A stretch of 64,000 bases of DNA from positions 9,114,001 through 9,178,000 of the forward strand of contig OZ193909.1 in NCBI GenBank assembly GCA_964276515.1, read 5' to 3'. This stretch comes from Gordius albopunctatus. Lineage: Eukaryota. The first letter of the stretch is position 1. Every line of letters starts with the position of its first letter. Below, one piece after another: positions 29,751 through 42,900 of this stretch. Position numbers and translations under genes: made by a program. Below the pieces are notes generated by a model, which was not told the DNA's origin, made no database searches, and saw only the letters and a list, made by a program, of their open reading frames with translations.

Positions 29751-32700
29751 GATGAAAGTTGTTATTTTCAGACGTGATTTCCATGATAAGAAGTAAAAAT
29801 TTATCACAATTAGATAACTACTACTTTGAAATAATCATCGCATATATCATGTTTCAATAATTCAGCACTCTAGTCGCGATGAAACAAACTAATCGCAACA
29901 ATATAACATTGTCTTTATTCAAAATGATAGTTCTCGCAGCTTAAAACTTCTTATAAGGAGTCGATCGAGATTAATCAGAATCTCAAATTAGCTTACTTTT
30001 ACATATTTTTTCAAGCTCTTTTACATAAAATAACAAAAAATATATTTTTTAGCTCAAAATATTTAAAATTTTTTCCATTAACACATATTCATCAGATGAA
30101 AGTTGTTATTTTCAGACGTGTATTCCATGATAAGAAGTAAAAATTTATCACAATTAGATAACTACTACTTTGAAATAATCATCGCATATAGTATGTTTCA
30201 AAAATTCAGCACTCTAGTCGCGATGAAACAAACTAATCGCAACAATATAACATTGTCTTTATTCAAAATGATAGTTCTCGCAGCTTAAAACTTCTTAGAA
30301 GGAGTCGATCGAGATTAATCACAATCTCAAATTAGCTTTCTTTTATATATTTTTTCAAGCTCTTTTACATAAAATAACAAAAAATATATTTTTTAGCTCA
30401 AAATATTTATAATTATTTCCATTAACACATATTCATCCGATGAAAGTTGTTATTTTCAGACGTGTATTCCATGATAAGAAGTAAAAATTTATCACAATTA
30501 GATAACTATTAATTTGAAATAATCATCGCATATAGCATGTTTCAAAAATTCAGCACTCTCGTCGCGATGAAACAAACTAATCGCAACAATATAACATTGT
30601 CTTTATTCAAAATGATAGTTCTCGCTGCTTAAAACTTCTTATAAGGAGTCGATCGAGATTAATCAGAATCTCAAATTAGCTTACTTTTATATATTTTTTC
30701 AAGCTCTTTTACATAAAATAACAAAAAATATATTTTTTTAGCTCAAAATATTTAAAATTATTTCCATTAACACATATTCATCCGATGAAAGTTGTTATTT
30801 TCAGACGTGATTTCCATGATAAGAAGTAAAAATTTATCACAATTAGATAACTACTACTTTGAAATAATCATCGCATATAGCATGTTTCAAAAATTCAGCA
30901 CTCTAGTCGCGATGAAACAAACTAATCGCAACAATATAACATTGTCTTTATTCAAAATGATAGTTCTCGCAGCTTAAAACTTCTTATAAGGAGTCGATCG
31001 AGATTAATCAGAATCTCAAATTAGCTTACTTTTATATATTTTTCCAAGCTCTTTTACATAAAATAACAAAAAATATATTTTTTTAGCTCAAAATATTTAA
31101 AATTATTTCCATTAAACCATATTCATCCGAAGAAAGTTGTTATTTTCAGACGTGATTTCCATGATAAGAAGTAAAAATTTATCACAATTAGATAACTACT
31201 ACTTTGAAATAATCATCGCATATAGCATGTTTCAAAAATTCAGCACTCTAGTCGCGATGAAACAAACTAATCGCAACAATATAACGTTGTCTTTCCTCAA
31301 AATTATAGTTCCCGCAGCTTAAAACTTCTTATAAGGAGTCGATCGAGATTAATCAGAATCTCAAATTAGCTTACTTTTATATATTTTTTCAAGCTCTTTT
31401 ACATAAAATAACAAAAAATATATTTTTTTAGCTCAAAATATTTAAAATTATTTCCATTAACACATATTCATCCGATGAAAGTTGTTATTTTCAGACGTGA
31501 TTTCCATGATAAGAAGTAAAAATTTATCACAATTAGATAACTACTACTTTGAAATAATCATCGCATATATCATGTTTCAATAATTCAGCACTCTCGTCGC
31601 GATGAAAGAAACTAATCGCAACAATATAACATTGTCTTTCCTCAAAATGATAGTTCTCGCAGCTTAAAACTTCTTATAAGGAGTCGATCGAGATTAATAG
31701 GAATCTCAAATTAGCTTACTTTTATATATTTTTCCAAGCTCTTTTACATAAAATAACAAAAAATATATTTTTTTAGCTCAAAATATTTAAAATTATTTCC
31801 ATTAAACCATATTCATCCGAAGAAAGTTGTTATTTTCAGACGTGATTTTCATGATAAGAAGTAAAAATTTATCACAATTAGATAACTATTACTTTGAAAT
31901 CATCATCGCATATAGCATGTTTCAAAAATTCAGCACTCTCGTCGCGATGAAACAAACTAATCGCAACAATATAACGTTGTCTTTCCTCAAAATTATAGTT
32001 CCCGCAGCTTAAAACTTCTTATAAGGAGTCGATCGAGATTAATCAGAATCTCAAATTAGCTTACTTTTATATATTTTTTCAAGCTCTTTTACATAAAATA
32101 ACAAAAAATATATTTTTTTAGCTCAAAATATTTAAAATTATTTCCATTAACACATATTCATCCGATGAAAGTTGTTATTTTCAGACGTGATTTCCATGAT
32201 AAGAAGTAAAAATTTATCACAATTAGATAACTACTACTTTGAAATAATCATCGCATATAGCATGTTTCAAAAATTCAGCACTCTAGTCGCGATGAAACAA
32301 ACTAATCGCAACAATATAACATTGTCTTTATTCAAAATGATAGTTCTCGCAGCTTAAAACTTCTTATAAGGAGTCGATCGAGATTAATCAGAATCTCAAA
32401 TTAGCTTACTTTTATATATTTTTTCAAGCTCTTTTACATAAAATAACAAAAAATATATTTTTTAGCTCAAAGTATTTAAAATTATTTCCATTAAACCATA
32501 TTCATCCGATGAAAGTTGTTATTTTCAGACGTGATTTCCATGATAAGAAGTAAAAATTTATCACAATTAGATAACTACTACTTTGAAATAATCATCGCAT
32601 ATAGCATGTTTCAAAAATTCAGCACTCTAGTCGCGATGAAACAAACTAATCGCAACAATATAACATTGTCTTTATTCAAAATGATAGTTCTCGCAGCTTA

Positions 32701-34749
32701 AAACTTCTTATAAGGAGTCGATCGAGATTAATCAGAATCTCAAATTAGCTTACTTTTATATATTTTTTCAAGCTCTTTTACATAAAATAACAAAAAATAT
32801 ATTTTTTAGCTCAAAGTATTTAAAATTATTTCCATTAAACCATATTCATCCGATGAAAGTTGTTATTTTCAGACGTGATTTCCATGATAAGAAGTAAAAA
32901 TTTATCACAATTAGATAACTACTACTTTGAAATAATCATCGCATATAGCATGTTTCGAAAATTCAGAACTCTCGTCGCGATAAAACAAACTAATCGCAAC
33001 AATATAACATTGTCTTTCCTCAAAATGATAGTTCTCGCAGCTTAAAACTTCTTATAAGGAGTCGATCGAGATTAATCAGAATCTCAAATTAGCTTACTTT
33101 TATATATTTTTTCAAGCTCTTTTACATAAAATAACAAAAAATATATTTTTTTAGCTCAAAATATTTAAAATTATTTCCATTAACACATATTCATCCGATG
33201 AAAGTTGTTATTTTCAGACGTGATTTCCATGATAAGAAGTAAAAATTTATCACAATTAGATAACTACTACTTTGAAATAATCATCGCATATAGCATGTTT
33301 CAAAAATTCAGCACTCTAGTCGCGATGAAACAAACTAATCGCAACAATATAACATTGTCTTTATTCAAAATGATAGTTCTCGCAGCTTAAAACTTCTTAT
33401 AAGGAGTCGATCGAGATTAATCAGAATCTCAAATTAGCTTACTTTTATATATTTTTTCAAGCTCTTTTACATAAAATAACAAAAAATATATTTTTTAGCT
33501 CAAAGTATTTAAAATTATTTCCATTAAACCATATTCATCCGATGAAAGTTGTTATTTTCAGACGTGATTTCCATGATAAGAAGTAAAAATTTATCACAAT
33601 TAGATAACTACTACTTTGAAATAATCATCGCATATAGCATGTTTCAAAAATTCAGCACTCTAGTCGCGATGAAACAAACTAATCGCAACAATATAACATT
33701 GTCTTTATTCAAAATGATAGTTCTCGCAGCTTAAAACTTCTTATAAGGAGTCGATCGAGATTAATCAGAATCTCAAATTAGCTTACTTTTATATATTTTT
33801 TCAAGCTCTTTTACATAAAATAACAAAAAATATATTTTTTAGCTCAAAGTATTTAAAATTATTTCCATTAAACCATATTCATCCGATGAAAGTTGTTATT
33901 TTCAGACGTGATTTCCATGATAAGAAGTAAAAATTTATCACAATTAGATAACTACTACTTTGAAATAATCATCGCATATAGCATGTTTCAAAAATTCAGC
34001 ACTCTAGTCGCGATGAAACAAACTAATCGCAACAATATAACATTGTCTTTATTCAAAATGATAGTTCTCGCAGCTTAAAACTTCTTATAAGGAGTCGATC
34101 GAGATTAATAGGAATCTCAAATTAGCTTACTTTTATATATTTTTCCAAGCTCTTTTACATAAAATAACAAAAAATATATTTTTTTAGCTCAAAATATTTA
34201 AAATTATTTCCATTAAACCATATTCATCCGAAGAAAGTTGTTATTTTCAGACGTGATTTTCATGATAAGAAGTAAAAATTTATCACAATTAGATAACTAT
34301 TACTTTGAAATCATCATCGCATATAGCATGTTTCAAAAATTCAGCACTCTCGTCGCGATGAAACAAACTAATCGCAACAATATAACGTTGTCTTTCCTCA
34401 AAATTATAGTTCCCGCAGCTTAAAACTTCTTATAAGGAGTCGATCGAGATTAATCAGAATCTCAAATTAGCTTACTTTTATATATTTTTTCAAGCTCTTT
34501 TACATAAAATAACAAAAAATATATTTTTTTAGCTCAAAATATTTAAAATTATTTCCATTAACACATATTCATCCGATGAAAGTTGTTATTTTCAGACGTG
34601 ATTTCCATGATAAGAAGTAAAAATTTATCACAATTAGATAACTACTACTTTGAAATAATCATCGCATATAGCATGTTTCAAAAATTCAGCACTCTAGTCG
34701 CGATGAAACAAACTAATCGCAACAATATAACATTGTCTTTATTCAAAAT

Positions 34750-37700
34750 GATAGTTCTCGCAGCTTAAAACTTCTTATAAGGAGTCGATCGAGATTAATC
34801 AGAATCTCAAATTAGCTTACTTTTATATATTTTTTCAAGCTCTTTTACATAAAATAACAAAAAATATATTTTTTAGCTCAAAGTATTTAAAATTATTTCC
34901 ATTAAACCATATTCATCCGATGAAAGTTGTTATTTTCAGACGTGATTTCCATGATAAGAAGTAAAAATTTATCACAATTAGATAACTACTACTTTGAAAT
35001 AATCATCGCATATAGCATGTTTCAAAAATTCAGCACTCTAGTCGCGATGAAACAAACTAATCGCAACAATATAACATTGTCTTTATTCAAAATGATAGTT
35101 CTCGCAGCTTAAAACTTCTTATAAGGAGTCGATCGAGATTAATCAGAATCTCAAATTAGCTTACTTTTATATATTTTTTCAAGCTCTTTTACATAAAATA
35201 ACAAAAAATATATTTTTTAGCTCAAAGTATTTAAAATTATTTCCATTAAACCATATTCATCCGATGAAAGTTGTTATTTTCAGACGTGATTTCCATGATA
35301 AGAAGTAAAAATTTATCACAATTAGATAACTACTACTTTGAAATAATCATCGCATATAGCATGTTTCGAAAATTCAGAACTCTCGTCGCGATAAAACAAA
35401 CTAATCGCAACAATATAACATTGTCTTTCCTCAAAATGATAGTTCTCGCAGCTTAAAACTTCTTATAAGGAGTCGATCGAGATTAATCAGAATCTCAAAT
35501 TAGCTTACTTTTATATATTTTTTCAAGCTCTTTTACATAAAATAACAAAAAATATATTTTTTTAGCTCAAAATATTTAAAATTATTTCCATTAACACATA
35601 TTCATCCGATGAAAGTTGTTATTTTCAGACGTGATTTCCATGATAAGAAGTAAAAATTTATCACAATTAGATAACTACTACTTTGAAATAATCATCGCAT
35701 ATATCATGTTTCAATAATTCAGCACTCTCGTCGCGATGAAAGAAACTAATCGCAACAATATAACATTGTCTTTCCTCAAAATGATAGTTCTCGCAGCTTA
35801 AAACTTCTTATAAGGAGTCGATCGAGATTAATAGGAATCTCAAATTACCTTACTTTTATATATTTTTCCAAGCTCTTTTACATAAAATAACAAAAAATAT
35901 ATTTTTTTAGCTCAAAATATTTAAAATTATTTCCATTAAACCATATTCATCCGAAGAAAGTTGTTATTTTCAGACGTGATTTTCATGATAAGAAGTAAAA
36001 ATTTATCACAATTAGATAACTATTACTTTGAAATCATCATCGCATATAGCATGTTTCAAAAATTCAGCACTCTCGTCGCGATGAAACAAACTAATCGCAA
36101 TAATATAACGTTGTCTTTCCTCAAAATCATAGTTCTCGCAGCTTAAAACTTCTTATAAGGATTCGATCGAGAATAATAGGATTCTCAAATTAGCTTACTT
36201 ATATATATATATTTTTTTTCAAGTTCTTTTACATAAAATAACAAAATATATATTTTTTAGCTCAAAATATTTAAAATTTTTTCCATTAAAACATATTCAT
36301 CCGATGAAAGTTGTTATTTTCAGACGTGATTTCCATGATAAGAAGTAAAAATTTATCACAATTAGATAACTACTACTTTGAAATAATCATCGCATATAGC
36401 ATGTTTCAAAAATTCAGCACTCTAGTCGCGATGAAACAAACTAATCGCAACAATATAACATTGTCTTTATTCAAAATGATAGTTCTCGCAGCTTAAAACT
36501 TCTTATAAGGAGTCGATCGAGATTAATCAGAATCTCAAATTAGCTTACTTTTATATATTTTTTCAAGCTCTTTTACATAAAATAACAAAAAATATATTTT
36601 TTAGCTCAAAGTATTTAAAATTATTTCCATTAAACCATATTCATCCGATGAAAGTTGTTATTTTCAGACGTGATTTCCATGATAAGAAGTAAAAATTTAT
36701 CACAATTAGATAACTATTACTTTGAAATCATCATCGCATATAGCATGTTTCAAAAATTCAGCACTCTAGTCGCGATGAAACAAACTAATCGCAACAATAT
36801 AACATTGTCTTTATTCAAAATGATAGTTCTCGCAGCTTAAAACTTCTTATAAGGAGTCGATCGAGATTAATCAGAATCTCAAATTAGCTTACTTTTATAT
36901 ATTTTTTCAAGCTCTTTTACATAAAATAACAAAAAATATATTTTTTAGCTCAAAGTATTTAAAATTATTTCCATTAAACCATATTCATCCGATGAAAGTT
37001 GTTATTTTCAGACGTGATTTCCATGATAAGAAGTAAAAATTTATCACAATTAGATAACTACTACTTTGAAATAATCATCGCATATAGCATGTTTCGAAAA
37101 TTCAGAACTCTCGTCGCGATAAAACAAACTAATCGCAACAATATAACATTGTCTTTCCTCAAAATGATAGTTCTCGCAGCTTAAAACTTCTTATAAGGAG
37201 TCGATCGAGATTAATAGGAATCTCAAATTACCTTACTTTTATATATTTTTCCAAGCTCTTTTACATAAAATAACAAAAAATATATTTTTTTAGCTCAAAA
37301 TATTTAAAATTATTTCCATTAAACCATATTCATCCGATGAAAGTTGTTATTTTCAGACGTGATTTCCATGATAAGAAGTAAAAATTTATCACAATTAGAT
37401 AACTATTACTTTGAAATCATCATCGCATATAGCATGTTTCAAAAATTCAGAACTCTCGTCGCGATAAAACAAACTAATCGCAACAATATAACATTGTCTT
37501 TCCTCAAAATGATAGTTCTCGCAGCTTAAAACTTCTTATAAGGAGTCGATCGAGATTAATCAGAATCTCAAATTAGCTTACTTTTATATATTTTTTCAAG
37601 CTCTTTTACATAAAATAACAAAAAATATATTTTTTAGCTCAAAGTATTTAAAATTATTTCCATTAAACCATATTCATCCGATGAAAGTTGTTATTTTCAG

Positions 37701-39990
37701 ACGTGATTTCCATGATAAGAAGTAAAAATTTATCACAATTAGATAACTACTACTTTGAAATAATCATCGCATATAGCATGTTTCAAAAATTCAGCACTCT
37801 AGTCGCGATGAAACAAACTAATCGCAACAATATAACATTGTCTTTATTCAAAATGATAGTTCTCGCAGCTTAAAACTTCTTATAAGGAGTCGATCGAGAT
37901 TAATCAGAATCTCAAATTAGCTTACTTTTATATATTTTTTCAAGCTCTTTTACATAAAATAACAAAAAATATATTTTTTAGCTCAAAGTATTTAAAATTA
38001 TTTCCATTAAACCATATTCATCCGATGAAAGTTGTTATTTTCAGACGTGATTTCCATGATAAGAAGTAAAAATTTATCACAATTAGATAACTACTACTTT
38101 GAAATAATCATCGCATATAGCATGTTTCGAAAATTCAGAACTCTCGTCGCGATAAAACAAACTAATCGCAACAATATAACATTGTCTTTCCTCAAAATGA
38201 TAGTTCTCGCAGCTTAAAACTTCTTATAAGGAGTCGATCGAGATTAATCAGAATCTCAAATTAGCTTACTTTTATATATTTTTTCAAGCTCTTTTACATA
38301 AAATAACAAAAAATATATTTTTTTAGCTCAAAATATTTAAAATTATTTCCATTAACACATATTCATCCGATGAAAGTTGTTATTTTCAGACGTGATTTCC
38401 ATGATAAGAAGTAAAAATTTATCACAATTAGATAACTACTACTTTGAAATAATCATCGCATATATCATGTTTCAATAATTCAGCACTCTCGTCGCGATGA
38501 AAGAAACTAATCGCAACAATATAACATTGTCTTTCCTCAAAATGATAGTTCTCGCAGCTTAAAACTTCTTATAAGGAGTCGATCGAGATTAATAGGAATC
38601 TCAAATTACCTTACTTTTATATATTTTTCCAAGCTCTTTTACATAAAATAACAAAAAATATATTTTTTTAGCTCAAAATATTTAAAATTATTTCCATTAA
38701 ACCATATTCATCCGAAGAAAGTTGTTATTTTCAGACGTGATTTTCATGATAAGAAGTAAAAATTTATCACAATTAGATAACTATTACTTTGAAATCATCA
38801 TCGCATATAGCATGTTTCAAAAATTCAGCACTCTCGTCGCGATGAAACAAACTAATCGCAATAATATAACGTTGTCTTTCCTCAAAATCATAGTTCTCGC
38901 AGCTTAAAACTTCTTATAAGGATTCGATCGAGAATAATAGGATTCTCAAATTAGCTTACTTATATATATATATTTTTTTTCAAGTTCTTTTACATAAAAT
39001 AACAAAATATATATTTTTTAGCTCAAAATATTTAAAATTTTTTCCATTAAAACATATTCATCCGATGAAAGTTGTTATTTTCAGACGTGATTTCCATGAT
39101 AAGAAGTAAAAATTTATCACAATTAGATAACTACTACTTTGAAATAATCATCGCATATAGCATGTTTCAAAAATTCAGCACTCTAGTCGCGATGAAACAA
39201 ACTAATCGCAACAATATAACATTGTCTTTATTCAAAATGATAGTTCTCGCAGCTTAAAACTTCTTATAAGGAGTCGATCGAGATTAATCAGAATCTCAAA
39301 TTAGCTTACTTTTATATATTTTTTCAAGCTCTTTTACATAAAATAACAAAAAATATATTTTTTAGCTCAAAGTATTTAAAATTATTTCCATTAAACCATA
39401 TTCATCCGATGAAAGTTGTTATTTTCAGACGTGATTTCCATGATAAGAAGTAAAAATTTATCACAATTAGATAACTATTACTTTGAAATCATCATCGCAT
39501 ATAGCATGTTTCAAAAATTCAGCACTCTAGTCGCGATGAAACAAACTAATCGCAACAATATAACATTGTCTTTATTCAAAATGATAGTTCTCGCAGCTTA
39601 AAACTTCTTATAAGGAGTCGATCGAGATTAATCAGAATCTCAAATTAGCTTACTTTTATATATTTTTTCAAGCTCTTTTACATAAAATAACAAAAAATAT
39701 ATTTTTTAGCTCAAAGTATTTAAAATTATTTCCATTAAACCATATTCATCCGATGAAAGTTGTTATTTTCAGACGTGATTTCCATGATAAGAAGTAAAAA
39801 TTTATCACAATTAGATAACTACTACTTTGAAATAATCATCGCATATAGCATGTTTCGAAAATTCAGAACTCTCGTCGCGATAAAACAAACTAATCGCAAC
39901 AATATAACATTGTCTTTCCTCAAAATGATAGTTCTCGCAGCTTAAAACTTCTTATAAGGAGTCGATCGAGATTAATAGGAATCTCAAATT
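34750..39990. repeat. Higher-order 8-monomer tandem duplication (period 2761 bp)
   Basis: Offsets of 2761 bp (34927/37688, 35271/38032, 35961/38722, 36311/39072, 36999/39760). Both copies carry the 350-bp (TA)n-expanded monomer and the TTTCGAAAATTCAGAACT monomers. Confidence 0.9.
36150..36310. repeat. Long (350 bp) monomer variant with an expanded (TA)n microsatellite; same junction at ~38910, ~40630, ~49590 and ~52340
   Basis: Sequence AAGGATTCGATCGAGAATAATAGGATTCTCAAATTAGCTTACTTATATATATATATTTTTTTTCAAGTTC. ORF-start spacing 35961 to 36311 is 350 bp. Confidence 0.9.
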
Positions 39991-42900
39991 AGCTTACTTT
40001 TATATATTTTTTCAAGCTCTTTTACATAAAATAACAAAAAATATATTTTTTTAGCTCAAAATATTTAAAATTATTTCCATTAAACCATATTCATCCGATG
40101 AAAGTTGTTATTTTCAGACGTGATTTTCATGATAAGAAGTAAAAATTTATCACAATTAGATAACTATTACTTTGAAATCATCATCGCATATAGCATGTTT
40201 CAAAAATTCAGCACTCTCGTCGCGATGAAACAAACTAATCGCAATAATATAACGTTGTCTTTCCTCAAAATGATAGTTCTCGCAGCTTAAAACTTCTTAT
40301 AAGGAGTCGATCGAGATTAATAGGAATCTAAAATTAACTTACTTTTATATATTTTTTCAAGCTCTTTTACATAAAATAACAAAAAATATATTTTTTTAGC
40401 TCAAAATATTTCAAATTTTTTCCATTAAACCATATTCATCCGATGAAAGTTGTTATTTTCAGACGTGATTTTCATAAGAAGTAAAAATTTATCACAATTA
40501 GATAATACTTTGAAATCATCATCGCATATAGCATGTTTCAAAAATTCAGCACTCTCGTCGCGATGAAACAAACTAATCGCAACAATATAACGTTGTCTTT
40601 CCTCAAAATCATAGTTCTCGCAGCTTAAAACTTCTTATAAGGATTCGATCGAGAATAATAGGATTCTCAAATTAGCTTACTTATATATATATATTTTTTT
40701 TCAAGTTCTTTTACATAAAATAACAAAATATATATTTTTTAGCTCAAAATATTTAAAATTTTTTCCATTAAAACATATTCATCCGATGAAAGTTGTTATT
40801 TTCAGACGTGATTTCCATATAAGAAGTAAAAATTTATCACAATTAGATAACTATTACTTTGAAATCATCATCGCATATAGCATGTTTCAAAAATTCAGAA
40901 CTCTCGTCGCGATAAAACAAACTAATCGCAACAATATAACATTGTCTTCCCTCAAAATGATAGTTCTCGCAGCTTAAAACTTCTTATAAGGAGTCGATCG
41001 AGATTAATAGGAATCTCAAATTAGCTTACTTTTATATATTTTTCCAAGCTCTTTTACATAAAATAACAAAAAATATATTTTTTTAGCTCAAAATATTTAA
41101 AATTATTTCCATTAAACCATATTCATCCGAAGAAAGTTGTTATTTTCAGACGTGATTTTCATGATAAGAAGTAAAAATTTATCACAATTAGATAACTATT
41201 ACTTTGAAATCATCATCGCATATAGCATGTTTCAAAAATTCAGCACTCTCGTCACGATGAAACAAACTAATCGCAACAATATAACGTTGTCTTTCCTCAA
41301 AATGATAGTTCCCGCAGCTTAAAACTTCTTATAAGGAGTCGATCGAGATTAATCAGAATCTCAAATTAGCTTACTTTTATATATTTTTTCAAGCTCTTTT
41401 ACATAAAATAACAAAAAATATATTTTTTTAGCTCAAAATATTTAAAATTATTTCCATTAACACATATTCATCCGATGAAAGTTGTTATTTTCAGACGTGA
41501 TTTCCATGATAAGAAGTAAAAATTTATCACAATTAGATAACTACTACTTTGAAATAATCATCGCATATAGCATGTTTCAAAAATTCAGCACTCTAGTCGC
41601 GATGAAACAAACTAATCGCAACAATATAACATTGTCTTTATTCAAAATGATAGTTCTCGCAGCTTAAAACTTCTTATAAGGAGTCGATCGAGATTAATCA
41701 GAATCTCAAATTAGCTTACTTTTATATATTTTTTCAAGCTCTTTTACATAAAATAACAAAAAATATATTTTTTAGCTCAAAGTATTTAAAATTATTTCCA
41801 TTAAACCATATTCATCCGATGAAAGTTGTTATTTTCAGACGTGATTTCCATGATAAGAAGTAAAAATTTATCACAATTAGATAACTACTACTTTGAAATA
41901 ATCATCGCATATAGCATGTTTCAAAAATTCAGCACTCTAGTCGCGATGAAACAAACTAATCGCAACAATATAACATTGTCTTTATTCAAAATGATAGTTC
42001 TCGCAGCTTAAAACTTCTTATAAGGAGTCGATCGAGATTAATCAGAATCTCAAATTAGCTTACTTTTATATATTTTTTCAAGCTCTTTTACATAAAATAA
42101 CAAAAAATATATTTTTTAGCTCAAAGTATTTAAAATTATTTCCATTAAACCATATTCATCCGATGAAAGTTGTTATTTTCAGACGTGATTTCCATGATAA
42201 GAAGTAAAAATTTATCACAATTAGATAACTACTACTTTGAAATAATCATCGCATATAGCATGTTTCAAAAATTCAGCACTCTAGTCGCGATGAAACAAAC
42301 TAATCGCAACAATATAACATTGTCTTTATTCAAAATGATAGTTCTCGCAGCTTAAAACTTCTTATAAGGAGTCGATCGAGATTAATCAGAATCTCAAATT
42401 AGCTTACTTTTACATATTTTTTCAAGCTCTTTTACATAAAATAACAAAAAATATATTTTTTAGCTCAAAATATTTAAAATTTTTTCCATTAACACATATT
42501 CATCAGATGAAAGTTGTTATTTTCAGACGTGTATTCCATGATAAGAAGTAAAAATTTATCACAATTAGATAACTACTACTTTGAAATAATCATCGCATAT
42601 AGTATGTTTCAAAAATTCAGCACTCTAGTCGCGATGAAACAAACTAATCGCAACAATATAACATTGTCTTTATTCAAAATGATAGTTCTCGCAGCTTAAA
42701 ACTTCTTAGAAGGAGTCGATCGAGATTAATCAGAATCTCAAATTAGCTTTCTTTTATATATTTTTTCAAGCTCTTTTACATAAAATAACAAAAAATATAT
42801 TTTTTAGCTCAAAATATTTATAATTATTTCCATTAACACATATTCATCCGATGAAAGTTGTTAGTTTCAGACGTGTATTCCATGATAAGAAGTAAAAATT

